The translations under genes and the position numbers were made by a program. The notes below the pieces were generated by a model. It was not told the DNA's origin, searched no databases, and saw nothing but the letters and a program-made list of their open reading frames with translations. Shown here in pieces: positions 12,473 through 20,081 of a stretch of 20,081 nucleotides of DNA. Location of the stretch: the NCBI GenBank assembly GCA_036149055.1, contig JAYZQJ010000131.1, positions 1 to 20,081 of the forward strand. The letters run 5' to 3'. Positions within the stretch are counted from its first letter, which is position 1; each line of letters starts with the position of its first letter. This DNA is from Myxococcota bacterium. GTDB lineage: Bacteria; Myxococcota_A; Polyangia; Polyangiales; Sandaracinaceae.

Positions 12473-13810
12473 TCAGCAATACGGGTTCTGGAGCTGGAAC
12501 CCCGACGACAGCCCCAGGCCCTCCGGGAGCGTGATCGCCGCGCGCGACGCCGGGTCCTCGTACAGCCGGAGCCCGTCGTCGTTCTGAACGAACAGCCGTC
12601 CGCCGCGCACCTCGACGAGCGCCTGCTGCCCGACCTGGTGCTCGCTCCAGCGCAGCGCGCCGTCGGGTCCGAAGACCGCCAGTGTGTACGTGTCCCGCGC
12701 GCCGCAGTTGGCCACCGACGACGACAGCACCACCACGTGGTCGGCCCAGGCGTGCACCCGATGGGCGTCGTGACGCCGCGGCAGCGTCAACGCGGCGCCG
12801 TCCTCCCGCTCGAGCCGTCGCCCACGCGGCCGGGCCTCGGCGCCGACGAAGCGCATCGGCCGCCAGTGGTCCTGCGACACCTCGAGCGCCGGTGGCGCGT
12901 CGTCGGCGTGGTCTCCGCCCGCGAGCCGAGCCACCTCGTGCGCGCCGCCGCCGACGTCGTACCGGATCCAGGCGCCGCGAGCTCCGAACCCGAACGTGGC
13001 CCCGGACGCGTCGCGGTAGGCCCGTGGATAGCCGCGCTCCTCCAGCAGCCGTCCCGTGAACGCCTCGGTGAGACGCACCCGGTGCGCCGGCATCAGCCCG
13101 CCAGCCTCGGCCTGGTCGATCCGGCTCAGCACGGTGATGGCCCGGTCACGATCGGCGGAGACCGCGGCGGCGGTCAGAGGCTCGGCGTCGATCTCGCCCG
13201 GGCGCCGTCGCGCCGACACCCGCGGCGACGCCGGCACGAAGCGCTGCCCGGTCCAGAACCCCGCCTGCGCCCAGTGGCGGCCGCCCTCTCGCCCGAACGC
13301 GACGAGCTCGTCCCCGTCGCGGCTCGCCTCCCGGTAGCGCGTCTCCATCGCGCCGCCGATCTGCTCGATGTGGTCTCCGAGCGGCGCCAGATCCTCGTCC
13401 GCGAGGGCCTTGGGCAGGAACGTCGGCAGGTCCGCGGCCAGCGTGCGCTCGATCGCCTCACGCGCCTCCGCCTCGCGACCGAGCCGCGCGAGCGCGCACG
13501 CGAGGTCGTAGCGGGCGGCGTGGTAGTCGGGCGCACGCTCCAGGACCTCCGCGAAGGTGGCGCGGGACGCCTCGTAGTCGCCGGCGGCGTGAGCCCGGAG
13601 GCCTCGCCGGAGCCGCCCGATCAGCTCGGCGGAGGGCGTGAACGGGCGGGCGTAGCCCGGGCTGGGCGGGGGCTCGGCCTCGTCGGGCGCCGGGGTCACG
13701 ACGGCGGTGGCCTGCGGGACGCCCTCCTCGACCGGCGCCGGCTCGCCGCGCTCCTCCGCGCCGCACGCGACCAGCGCCGCCAGCAGCCAGATGCCCATCG
13801 GGAACCGCAC
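12473..13810 (-). CDS. Putative lipoprotein with a TPR region and a beta-rich C-terminal domain
   Basis: Lipobox LLAALVAC and a Pro-rich linker. TPR-like helices 'GLRAHAAGDYEASRATFAEVLERAPDYHAARYDLACALARLGREAEAREAIERTL'. The start is either GTG 13810 or ATG 13798. Confidence 0.75.
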   Translation of the reverse strand: MRFPMGIWLLAALVACGAEERGEPAPVEEGVPQATAVVTPAPDEAEPPPSPGYARPFTPSAELIGRLRRGLRAHAAGDYEASRATFAEVLERAPDYHAARYDLACALARLGREAEAREAIERTLAADLPTFLPKALADEDLAPLGDHIEQIGGAMETRYREASRDGDELVAFGREGGRHWAQAGFWTGQRFVPASPRVSARRRPGEIDAEPLTAAAVSADRDRAITVLSRIDQAEAGGLMPAHRVRLTEAFTGRLLEERGYPRAYRDASGATFGFGARGAWIRYDVGGGAHEVARLAGGDHADDAPPALEVSQDHWRPMRFVGAEARPRGRRLEREDGAALTLPRRHDAHRVHAWADHVVVLSSSVANCGARDTYTLAVFGPDGALRWSEHQVGQQALVEVRGGRLFVQNDDGLRLYEDPASRAAITLPEGLGLSSGFQLQNPYC

Positions 13811-13816
13811 GCGGCG

Positions 13817-13860
13817 AGCATACCGCGTAGTTTCACGGCCGGAGCCGCCGCGGCTATGCT
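13817..13860. promoter_or_regulatory. Divergent promoter pair with two outward-facing TATGCT -10 boxes
   Basis: AGCATA at 13817-13822 (TATGCT on the minus strand) lies 6 nt before GTG 13810. TATGCT at 13855-13860 (plus strand) has TTCACG 17 nt upstream and lies 9 nt before ATG 13870. Confidence 0.55.
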
Positions 13861-13869
13861 GTGGAGACG

Positions 13870-14382
13870 ATGCTGCGCCCCGAGATGGAGGCTCCGCTGT
13901 TTCGCGCGACGACGACGGCGGGCGAGCCGTTCGCGCTGAAGGACCTCCGCGGGCGCATCGTGGTGCTCTACTTCTTCCGGCGCGCGTTCACCCGGAACTG
14001 CACCGTCGAGACCAAGGGCTTCCGCGACAACTATGCGGACCTGCGCGCCATCGGCGCCGAGGTCGTGGGCGTCTCCTGCGACGACAACGCGACCCAGTGT
14101 CGCTTCGCCGAGACCCAGGGCGTCCAGTTTCCGATGATCGCGGACACCGACCGCGAGATCTCGAACCTCTACCGGACGTTCTTCTGGCTGCTGCCCCGCG
14201 TCAGCCACCGCGTCACCTACGTGATCGACCGCGACGGCACCATCGCCGGCGTCTTCAATCACGAGTTCCAGGTCTCCAAGCACCTCGACGAGGTGCTCCG
14301 GTTCGTCAAGGAGCTCGCGGGGATCGGGGTGACGAGCCGCCCCCCGTCGACGCTGACGCCCTCGCCCGAGGGCGAAACATGA
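13870..14382 (+). CDS. bcp: Peroxiredoxin, BCP/PrxQ subfamily (AhpC/TSA fold)
   Basis: 'APLFRATT..GEPFALKDLRGRIVVLYFFRRAFTRNCTVETKGFRDNY..L...GAEVVGVS.D', 'FPMIADTDREI' and 'RVTYVIDRDGTI'. The TxxC peroxidatic Cys and the catalytic Arg are present. An alternative GTG start lies at 13861. Confidence 0.88.
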   Translation: MLRPEMEAPLFRATTTAGEPFALKDLRGRIVVLYFFRRAFTRNCTVETKGFRDNYADLRAIGAEVVGVSCDDNATQCRFAETQGVQFPMIADTDREISNLYRTFFWLLPRVSHRVTYVIDRDGTIAGVFNHEFQVSKHLDEVLRFVKELAGIGVTSRPPSTLTPSPEGET

Positions 14383-15037
14383 GCGCGTAGACGATCCACA
14401 TCCAGGTCCCGGTCATCAGCCACGCCAGGAGGACGTCGCTCGGCCGGTGCACCTGCAGGTAGACGCGCGTGGCGCCGACGAGCACGAAGGTCGTGACGAG
14501 CGGCACCCCGAGCCACGCGCCGCCGCGGCCGAAGCGGCGCCAGACGACGGCCGCGAGGCTCCCGAAGAGCGCCATCGTCGCCGTGCTGTGACCGCTCGGC
14601 GTGCCGAAGCCGACGGGCGCGGGCAGCTCCTCGAACAGGTGGGGCCGGGGGCGCCCGATGAGCTGGTTGAGGATGAGGTAGTCCGCGCCGGCGAAGAAGT
14701 AGACGAGGAAGATGAACAGCGCCGCGCGTGGGCTGACGTACACGAACGTGATCGCGACGCCGATCGTCATGGTCGGGACGGCGACGTACGGCTGGCCCAG
14801 CAGGCTGATCGCCTCGGCCACCGCCGCCCCACGCTCCGAGTACTGGCGGTAGGCCGCGCGGAGGAGCGCCTCGTCCAGGCCGTCGAGCAGCGGCGCGGCG
14901 GTCCCGTACACGGCCAGCACGAGCAAGGCGACGAGGCCGAGGTGGGTCGCCCAACCCAGCGCGACCTTCCACGTCAGCGCCCAGGCCGGGCTCCGCTCGG
15001 TCCGGCCGAGGTCGCTCGTCTCGGTGTCGGGGCTCAC
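14306..15037 (-). CDS. PAP2-family membrane phosphatase (undecaprenyl-PP/phosphatidylglycerophosphate phosphatase-like)
   Basis: All three PAP2 motifs are present: (N)QLIGRPRP, PSGHS and TRVYLQVHRPSDV. Several TM helices. Confidence 0.88.
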   Translation of the reverse strand: MSPDTETSDLGRTERSPAWALTWKVALGWATHLGLVALLVLAVYGTAAPLLDGLDEALLRAAYRQYSERGAAVAEAISLLGQPYVAVPTMTIGVAITFVYVSPRAALFIFLVYFFAGADYLILNQLIGRPRPHLFEELPAPVGFGTPSGHSTATMALFGSLAAVVWRRFGRGGAWLGVPLVTTFVLVGATRVYLQVHRPSDVLLAWLMTGTWMWIVYALMFRPRARASASTGGGSSPRSPRAP

Positions 15038-15045
15038 GCCCGACG

Positions 15046-15105
15046 GAGCTAGGCACGCGCCGGGGCCTCAAAGGGGCTCGCCGGGACCGCGGCGGGGCCT
15101 AGCTC
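15046..15105. repeat. Perfect 9-bp inverted repeat in a divergent intergenic region
   Basis: GAGCTAGGC (15046-15054) and GCCTAGCTC (15097-15105) are exact reverse complements, 42 nt apart, between the PAP2 and TerB start codons. Confidence 0.6.
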
Positions 15106-15112
15106 TCTCCGC

Positions 15113-15517
15113 ATGGTCACCACTCACGTGCGGACCGAGGAGCTCGACGAGCGTGAGCTGCAGACGCTCGTCGAGGTGATCCTGGCGGTCGCCTATGGGG
15201 ACGAGAAGCTCGGGCTCGCCGAGCAACACGTCGTGCGAGGATACCTGGCGCGCCTCGGCGACGACCGGCTCGACGAGGGTCAGATCGAGGCGCTCCTGGT
15301 GGCGGCGAGCCTCGAGCTCGAGCGCGCCGGCGTGGACGCGCGGCTGGCCGCGGCGGCCGAGGTGCTCGGGGACGACCGCACCAAGAAGATGGTGCTCCGC
15401 CTCGCCTGCCACGCCGCGTCGGCCGACGGCCTCGAGCCTCGCGAGGACGCCGTCCTGCGGAAGACCGCCCGGGCGTTCGGGCTCGATCCGGCGCTGGTCG
15501 ACGCCCTGCTCGAGTGA
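15113..15517 (+). CDS. TerB-family (tellurite-resistance-like, metal-binding helical) protein
   Basis: Two pseudo-repeated acidic motifs, 'LAVAYGDEKLGLAEQ' and 'HAASADGLEPREDAVLRKTARAFGL', match the duplicated A.ADG....E signature of the TerB fold. 134 aa. Confidence 0.78.
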   Translation: MVTTHVRTEELDERELQTLVEVILAVAYGDEKLGLAEQHVVRGYLARLGDDRLDEGQIEALLVAASLELERAGVDARLAAAAEVLGDDRTKKMVLRLACHAASADGLEPREDAVLRKTARAFGLDPALVDALLE

Positions 15518-15531
15518 CCCGATCCAGGCGT

Positions 15532-16833
15532 TCAGCGGAGCTCGGCGCCCAGCGCGAGCTCGAGCGCCGACACCGCGTCGACGTAGGCGGCGAGCGCCTC
15601 GAGGGCCTCGACCTGGGCGGCGAGGAACCGCTCGGCGGTCATCGCGAGCCGGAGCGCGTCGATCTCGCCGAGCGCGAAGGCGCGCTCGAGCTGCTCGAGG
15701 CTGGCCTCGAATTCCGGCAGGACGCCCTCCCCGAACACCCTCACGCGCTCGGCGGCCGCCTCCACCGCGCTGCGCCGGAGCTCGAGGCGCGCGGCCAGGC
15801 TCGCCTCGACCGCGTCGAGCTCGGCGCGCTCGACGTCCGTCCGGGCGGCGGCGCGGGCCCGCTCCGGCTGCCCGAGCTGCGCGACCGGGATCGGGAGTGA
15901 GACCAGCCCCATGAGCACGTGCTCCGGCGCGCCTCCTCCCGGGGCGCCTTCGAACACGTAGCGGGCGCCGATCGCGGGCTGCGGCCACGCCTCTCGCTCG
16001 GCGAGCGCCTCGCGCGTCTGGGCCTCCTCGAGCGCCGCCCGTCGCTCTCCGAGCCGCGGGTCCCGCTCGAGCGCCCGCGCGACCAGGGCCTGGAGCGGAG
16101 GCGGGGTTCGCGGGATCGGCAGCGCGCCGACCGGCTCCGGGGGCCGCTCCGGGCTCCAGCCCGCCAGGCCCGCCAACGCGAGGCAGGCCTCCCGGTAGCG
16201 CTGGACGGCGGCGATGCGCGCCTGACGCGCTCGCGCCGCGTCTGCCTCGGCGAGCTGGCGATCGAGCGGCGGCGCGTCGCCCGCCTCCACCCGTCGTCGG
16301 GCCACGTCGACCCACCGCTCGTGGAACGCGGCGAGCTCCGCGGCCAGCGCCGCCTCTCGTCGCGCGAGCTGCGCGCGCCGGTAGCTCGCCGTGATCGCGG
16401 CCCGGGTCTCCCACCGGACCGCGTCGAGGCCGCGCTCGCGTCGGGCCCGCGCCGCGCGCGCCACGTCGAAGCGCAGCGGTCGCTCTCCCGCGATCTCCAG
16501 CGGGACCAGCAAGTTGACGAGCACGTTCGCGTCGCTCTGCCCGGTCGGCAGGAAGCGCGGCCCGACGCCCACCAGCAGCTCCGGGTTGCCCGGCAGGAGG
16601 GGCGCCGCGGCTCCGAGCGCCTCGTCGGCGAGCCCCACGCGCGCGCGCGCGACGGCGACCGCGGGAGCGTGCTGGTCGGCGTGCTCGAGCAGCGCCTCCA
16701 GGGTCACCGGGCGGCCATCGAACGTGAGCTCCTGGGCGCGCGTCTCGGCCGTGATGCCCCACGCGGCCAGCAGCAGCGCCAGCGTGGCCCCGACCGGCAC
16801 GCGCCGCGCGCCCTTCTCTCTCGGTTCTCTCAT
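15532..16833 (-). CDS. TolC/CzcC-family outer membrane efflux protein
   Basis: ATG at 16833 overlaps the upstream TGA. Signal peptide ending TRAQ. OMF features: 'LPGNPEL', 'VPLEIAGERPLR', 'RRRVEAGDAPPLD', 'AWPQPAIG', 'SLPIPV' and 'RAFALGEID'. It lies in an operon with an HME-RND pump. Confidence 0.88.
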   Translation of the reverse strand: MREPREKGARRVPVGATLALLLAAWGITAETRAQELTFDGRPVTLEALLEHADQHAPAVAVARARVGLADEALGAAAPLLPGNPELLVGVGPRFLPTGQSDANVLVNLLVPLEIAGERPLRFDVARAARARRERGLDAVRWETRAAITASYRRAQLARREAALAAELAAFHERWVDVARRRVEAGDAPPLDRQLAEADAARARQARIAAVQRYREACLALAGLAGWSPERPPEPVGALPIPRTPPPLQALVARALERDPRLGERRAALEEAQTREALAEREAWPQPAIGARYVFEGAPGGGAPEHVLMGLVSLPIPVAQLGQPERARAAARTDVERAELDAVEASLAARLELRRSAVEAAAERVRVFGEGVLPEFEASLEQLERAFALGEIDALRLAMTAERFLAAQVEALEALAAYVDAVSALELALGAELR

Positions 16834-17321
16834 CGCGGGTCTCCGGAGGACGAGAGCCACGCGCGGATCGCGCGGCTCGCTGCGTCGATCGATCCCGGCA
16901 CCCGGCGTCGCGCCACGCCGCCGTCGTCGACCAGGTAGTTGTCGGGCAGCGCGGCCACCCCGAGGGCGCGCGCCAGCTCGCCACCGGGATCACGCACGAT
17001 GCAGGCGGGCACGGGCGCGTCGCCGAAGTGCGCCACCACCGCGCTCCACGGCTCGTCGGTCACCGCCAGCACGCGCGCGCCCTCGAGCTCCTCGGCGAGC
17101 CGCAGCAGCCGCGGCAGCTCGCGCCGGCAGGGCGCGCACCACGTGGCCCAGAAGTGGAGGAGCGTCGGCCCCTCCCCGCGCAGCGCGACCGCGCCGTCCG
17201 CCGTCTCGAGCGAGACCTCCGGCAGCGTCAGCGGCGTGATCGCGACGCTCGGATCCGTCTCCGGCGTGGGCGCGTCGCACCCCGCCGCGGACAGGAGCAG
17301 GGCGAGCGCGAGCCGCCTCAT
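16830..17321 (-). CDS. TlpA/ResA-like thiol-disulfide oxidoreductase lipoprotein
   Basis: Lipobox LLLSAAGC and active site 'LLHFWATWCAPCRRELP'. 'LGVAALPDNYLVD' carries the cis-Pro loop. ATGA overlaps occur at both ends (17318-17321 and 16830-16833). Confidence 0.88.
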   Translation of the reverse strand: MRRLALALLLSAAGCDAPTPETDPSVAITPLTLPEVSLETADGAVALRGEGPTLLHFWATWCAPCRRELPRLLRLAEELEGARVLAVTDEPWSAVVAHFGDAPVPACIVRDPGGELARALGVAALPDNYLVDDGGVARRRVPGSIDAASRAIRAWLSSSGDPR

Positions 17322-20080
17322 CGCGCCCTCCGGGCGGTGACCGCGAAGAGCACCGGCACCACGAGCAGCGTGAGCGCGGTCGACGAGAGGATCCCGCCGA
17401 TCACCACCGTGGCCAGCGGGCGCTGGACCTCGGCGCCGAAGCCGGTGTTGAGGGCCATCGGCACGAACCCGAGGCTCGCGACGAGCGCGGTCATCAGGAC
17501 GGGGCGCAGCCGGCGTCGGGCGGCCGACGCGATGGCGGTGGGCAAGGGATCGCCCTCCCCCAGCCGGTCGCGGATGGCGGACACGAGCACCATGTCGCCG
17601 AGCACCGCCACGCCGCTGAGCGCGACGAAGCCGACGCCGGCCGAGACGCTGAACGGCATGTCGCGGAGCCAGAGCGCCAGGACCCCGCCGATCGCCGCGA
17701 AGGGCACGCCGGTGAAGACGCGCAGGGCGTCGGACACGCGGCGGTAGCTCAGGTGCAGGAGCAAGAAGATCAGCCCGAGCGCGACCGGGATCACGATCAT
17801 CAGGCGGCGCTGGGCGTCCTGCAGGTGCTCGAACTGCCCGCCGTAGCGGAGGTAGTAGCCGCCCGGCAGCTCCACCTCCCGCGCGATCGTCTCCTGCGCC
17901 TCGGCCACGAAGCTCCCGACGTCGCGCCCGCGCACGTTGGCCTCCACCACGACCCGCCGCTGGCCCCAGGTCCGCTGGATGGTCGAGGGGCCCTCCGCCA
18001 CGTCGACGCGCGCGAGGCGCCGGAGCGGGACGCGGTCGCCGCCCGGCGCGGTGACGAGCAGGCGCCCGATCGCCTCCGGCGAGGCGCGGAAGGGCGCGTC
18101 GAGCCGGAGCGCGATCGGCACGCGGAGCTGCCCCTCCCGCGCGGCGCCCACCTCGTCGGGGCCGATGGCCCGGGCCATCGCGAGCACGTCGCGGGCGGGG
18201 ATTCCGTGCCGCGCGATCGCCTCGCGGTCGACCTCGACCCGGACGAGGGGCTGGCCCGTCGTCTGCTCGGCGAGCACGTCCGCCGCGCCGTCGAGGCTCT
18301 GGAGCACCGCCTCGATCTCGGCGGCCTTGGCGCGGAGCACGTCGAAGTCGTCGCCGAAGATCATCACGCCCACGTCCGAGCGGATCCCGGCGTTCATCTC
18401 GTTGACCCGCATCTCGATCGGCTGGGTGAAGATCGCGCGCATCGCCGGCCAGTCGGAGAGCTCCTCGCTCATCTCGTCGACCAGCGCGTCCTGGGTCTCC
18501 GCGCGCACCCAGCGTTCCCGCGGGGTCAGGGTGACGAACACGTCGGACAGCTCGAGCCCCATCGGATCGGTCGCCACCTCGGCGCTGCCGGTGCGGGTCC
18601 AGACGTGCTCGATCTCGTCGGGGAAGCGCTCGAGGAGGAAGCGCTCGAGCCGGGTGCCGTAGCGCACCGACTCCTCGAGGGAGACGCCGGCGAGGCGGAC
18701 GGTGTTGATCACGATCGAGCCCTCGCGCAGGCGCGGCACGAACTCCGAGCCGAGCTGGGTCGCGATCCCGATCGCGCCGAGGAGCGCGAGGGCCGCCGCC
18801 CCGAGCACGAGGGCCGGGCGCCGCAGCCCGGCGCGCACCACCCGCTCGTAGACGGCCGCGACCCGCTCGCCGAGGCGCGCGAGCGGCCCGGGCGTCCGGC
18901 GCCGAGGGGCGCGCAGGAAGAGGCTCGAGAGCACCGGGATCAGGGTCAGCGAGAGCAGCATCGAGCCGCCGAGCGCGAAGACGACCGTGAGCGCCATCGG
19001 CCGGAAGAGCTGCCCCTCGATCCCCTCGAGGGTGAGGATCGGCAGGTAGACGACCGCGATGATCAGCTCCCCGAAGAGCGTCGGCCCGCGCACCTCCTTC
19101 ACCGCGTCGCGGATCACCGCGAGCCGCTCGCCCGGGCCGGCGCTCTCGAGGCGATGCACGACGTTCTCGACCTGGATGACCGCGCTGTCGACGAGCAGGC
19201 CGAAGTCGATGGCGCCCAGGCTCATGAGGCTGCCGGCGACGCCCGCCGCGAGCATCAGGTTGCTGGCGACCATCATCGACAGCGGGATCGTGGCCGCCAC
19301 GATGAGCCCGGCGCGCACGTCGCGCAGGAACGCGAAGAGCACGAGGAGCACCAGCAGCGCGCCCTCGAGCAGGTTCGTGCGCACCGTCTCGAGCACCCGG
19401 TCGACCAGGGTCGTGCGGTCGTAGAGCGGTACCACCTCGACGCCCTCGGGGAGCGAGCGGGTCACCTCGGTCAGCCGGGCCGAGAGCGCGCCGGTGACCT
19501 CGTGAGGGTTCTCGCCGATCAGCATGAAGCCGAGGCCGAGCACCGCCTCGCCCCGCCCGTTCGCGGTGACCGCGCCGCGGCGGATCTGCCGGCCGACCTC
19601 CACGCGCGCGACGTCGCCGACCCGCACCGGCACCCCCTCGCGGGCCGTGACCACCATCGCCTCGACGTCCTCGAGGCTCTCGGCGAGCCCGACCCCGTGC
19701 ACGAGCATCGACTCGCCGCCGGCGTCGACCGTGCCGCCGCCGACGTTCGCGCTGTTGGCCTCGATGGCGCGCGCGAGGTCACCGAGCGACAGCTCGTAGC
19801 GCTGCAGCGCGGCGGGATCCACGAGCACGTGGAACTGACGGACGTCGCCGCCCCAGGTGTTGATCTCCGCGACCCCGGGGACCGCCATCATCTGCGGCCG
19901 GACCACCCACTCGTGGATCGTCCGGAGCTCGCCGAGCGAGCGCTCGCCGGGGAGCAGGTAGTGGAAGACCTCGCCGAGCCCGGGCGCGCCCCGGCCGAGG
20001 GGGGGCCGGGCGACGCCGCGCGGGAGGCTCCCGCCCTGCCGCCGCTCCGCCCCCGACTGCCGGGCCCGGGAGACGTCGGT
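17318..20080 (-). CDS. czcA: Heavy-metal efflux RND permease, CzcA family (5'-truncated by the window edge)
   Basis: The frame stays open past the ORF-track start at 19906 to the edge (GLGEVFHY...ELRTIHEWVVRPQ). TM4 'SLGAIDFGLLVDSAVIQVEN' has the CzcA-type DFG..D....EN residues rather than the CusA-type AIAIG. Other motifs: 'LGSEFVPRLREG', 'FTQPIEMRVNEM', 'RLRPVLMTALVASLGFVPMA' and 'GAEVQRPLATVVIGG'. Confidence 0.93.
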   Translation of the reverse strand, partial: TDVSRARQSGAERRQGGSLPRGVARPPLGRGAPGLGEVFHYLLPGERSLGELRTIHEWVVRPQMMAVPGVAEINTWGGDVRQFHVLVDPAALQRYELSLGDLARAIEANSANVGGGTVDAGGESMLVHGVGLAESLEDVEAMVVTAREGVPVRVGDVARVEVGRQIRRGAVTANGRGEAVLGLGFMLIGENPHEVTGALSARLTEVTRSLPEGVEVVPLYDRTTLVDRVLETVRTNLLEGALLVLLVLFAFLRDVRAGLIVAATIPLSMMVASNLMLAAGVAGSLMSLGAIDFGLLVDSAVIQVENVVHRLESAGPGERLAVIRDAVKEVRGPTLFGELIIAVVYLPILTLEGIEGQLFRPMALTVVFALGGSMLLSLTLIPVLSSLFLRAPRRRTPGPLARLGERVAAVYERVVRAGLRRPALVLGAAALALLGAIGIATQLGSEFVPRLREGSIVINTVRLAGVSLEESVRYGTRLERFLLERFPDEIEHVWTRTGSAEVATDPMGLELSDVFVTLTPRERWVRAETQDALVDEMSEELSDWPAMRAIFTQPIEMRVNEMNAGIRSDVGVMIFGDDFDVLRAKAAEIEAVLQSLDGAADVLAEQTTGQPLVRVEVDREAIARHGIPARDVLAMARAIGPDEVGAAREGQLRVPIALRLDAPFRASPEAIGRLLVTAPGGDRVPLRRLARVDVAEGPSTIQRTWGQRRVVVEANVRGRDVGSFVAEAQETIAREVELPGGYYLRYGGQFEHLQDAQRRLMIVIPVALGLIFLLLHLSYRRVSDALRVFTGVPFAAIGGVLALWLRDMPFSVSAGVGFVALSGVAVLGDMVLVSAIRDRLGEGDPLPTAIASAARRRLRPVLMTALVASLGFVPMALNTGFGAEVQRPLATVVIGGILSSTALTLLVVPVLFAVTARRAR

Positions 20081-20081
20081 G

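Noticed and set aside
15113..15517. TerB as part of a ter operon or anti-phage system
   Set aside because: No terA/C/D/Z or defence-associated genes are adjacent, and solitary TerB-fold genes are common.

Overview
Very GC-rich, gene-dense bacterial window. A MYXO-CTERM sorting signal points to a myxobacterium (Myxococcota; inference). Contents in order: the 3' end of a Gly-rich exported protein; a translationally coupled lipoprotein and metzincin protease pair; a GbsR/MarR-type regulator coupled to a 6-TM ion channel with tandem RCK domains and no GYG filter (CASTOR/POLLUX-like); a large myxosortase-anchored M36 metallopeptidase; a glycine-zipper membrane protein; glgX; an isolated C-terminal remnant of katG; a TPR lipoprotein; a BCP/PrxQ peroxiredoxin with an altered active-site motif; a PAP2 phosphatase; a TerB-family protein; and the 3' part of a heavy-metal RND operon ordered czcA - TlpA-like thioredoxin - czcC-like. 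I saw no RNA genes, mobile elements or CRISPR arrays. The best leads are the regulator/channel operon, the thioredoxin inside the efflux operon and the katG remnant. Leaderless-type promoters recur, and the last ~135 nt look like base-calling errors. All family calls come from motif recognition by eye, not database searches.
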